From NCBI GenBank assembly GCA_964016885.1, contig OZ024741.1:4402001-4466000 (forward strand): DNA of 64,000 bases, given 5' to 3'. Made by a program: the position numbers and the translations under genes. Source of the DNA: Eledone cirrhosa. Lineage: Eukaryota. Positions 63,111-64,000 of the stretch are shown piece after piece. How positions within the stretch are numbered: position 1 is the stretch's first letter; the number at the start of each line of letters is the position of its first letter. A model generated the notes under the pieces. That model had not been told where the DNA came from, did no database searches, and saw only the letters and a program-made list of their open reading frames with translations.

Positions 63111-64000
63111 GTGGGGGAGGGTGCTCTGAAAGTACTGTAGCTAGAGTCAGAACTGGTTGGAAAAAGTTCAGAGAGCTTATACCACTATTAGCTGCTAAAG
63201 GGTTCTCACTAAAAATGAAAGGCAGGTTGTATGATGCCTGCATACGAACAGCAATGTTGCATGGCAGTGAGACCTGGGCATTGTGTGCAGAGGATATACG
63301 CAGACTAGAGAGGAACGAAGCTTGCATGCTCTGCTGGATGTGTAACAGTAATATACGTGAACGGCAAAGCATAAACGAACTAAGGAAAAAATTAGAGATA
63401 AGAGGGATCAGATGTTGTTTACTCGAGAGAAGGCTACGTTGGTATGGACACGTGATGCGCATGAAAGTCGATAGCTGTATAACAAAGTGCAGGGCAATAA
63501 AGATAGACGGTAGTCACGGAATAGGCAGACCTAGAAAAACCTGGGACGAGCTGATAAACTCCGACATCACACACTTACACCTCTCCAAGACAATGTCACT
63601 GGACCGAGACCTTTGGCGGTACTCAGTAACAGAGAAGACCCGCCTTACCTAAATATATAGTAAAACCTACTCCAGCCAGTAGGCATCTCTAACAAAATAC
63701 ACCCCGTCCCACCACCACCACCCCCACCCCATCCACACCACCCCGTTCTATGTAAAGTTATGTTGGTGCCGCGCCATCGTCCGTGTTCCACGCTTGCATG
63801 GGTTTGGACGGGGGTAGTCCCACTTGAGGCAAGAGTGATTGTCTTGCTCGCATAGGACTGTCTGGCAGGTTTTCTACAGTTGGATGCCCTTCCTAGCACC
63901 AACCACATTTACAGTGTGGGTCTGGGAGGTTTTTACCGTGTTGCCTACACGGCCACATTACAGCGTGGACTGTGTGTTTTTTTGTCGTGACACCTACACG
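63110..64000 (+). mobile_element. 5'-truncated RTE family A copy whose distal 3' UTR (from ~63778) is in inverted orientation
   Basis: ORF 63215-63652. 63778-64000 is the reverse complement of ~41904-42126. Confidence 0.9.

Overview
AT-rich, microsatellite-dense eukaryotic genomic DNA. The RTE LINEs with (GAT)n tails, the tRNA-derived SINEs and the abundant (TA)n suggest a cephalopod such as Octopus (inference). Most of the window is repeat. There are three large tandem arrays: a ~14.8-kb 15/18-bp (GTT)nGGTAGTACT array with a 200-N gap that reads VLPTTT(T) on the minus strand, a ~4.2-kb 19/23/24-bp array, and a ~8.7-kb 53-bp array. Mobile elements include many RTE LINE copies of at least three families, a small non-coding LTR element with a tRNA-Trp-like PBS inserted in an RTE, a full-length but disrupted DD37D (maT) Tc1/mariner, a non-autonomous Helitron, a CR1-like LINE fragment and SINE clusters. 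The only credible host-gene signal is a CpG-rich promoter plus a signal-peptide first exon at 29945-30004 (+). The most striking unannotated signals are three minimal type-I hammerhead ribozyme motifs at 61.6-62.1 kb, two of them mirror copies in a 340-bp palindrome, and a C4HC3 PHD-like finger inserted inside the RT domain of two RTE families. Almost all low-complexity ORFs in the supplied track are repeat artefacts.
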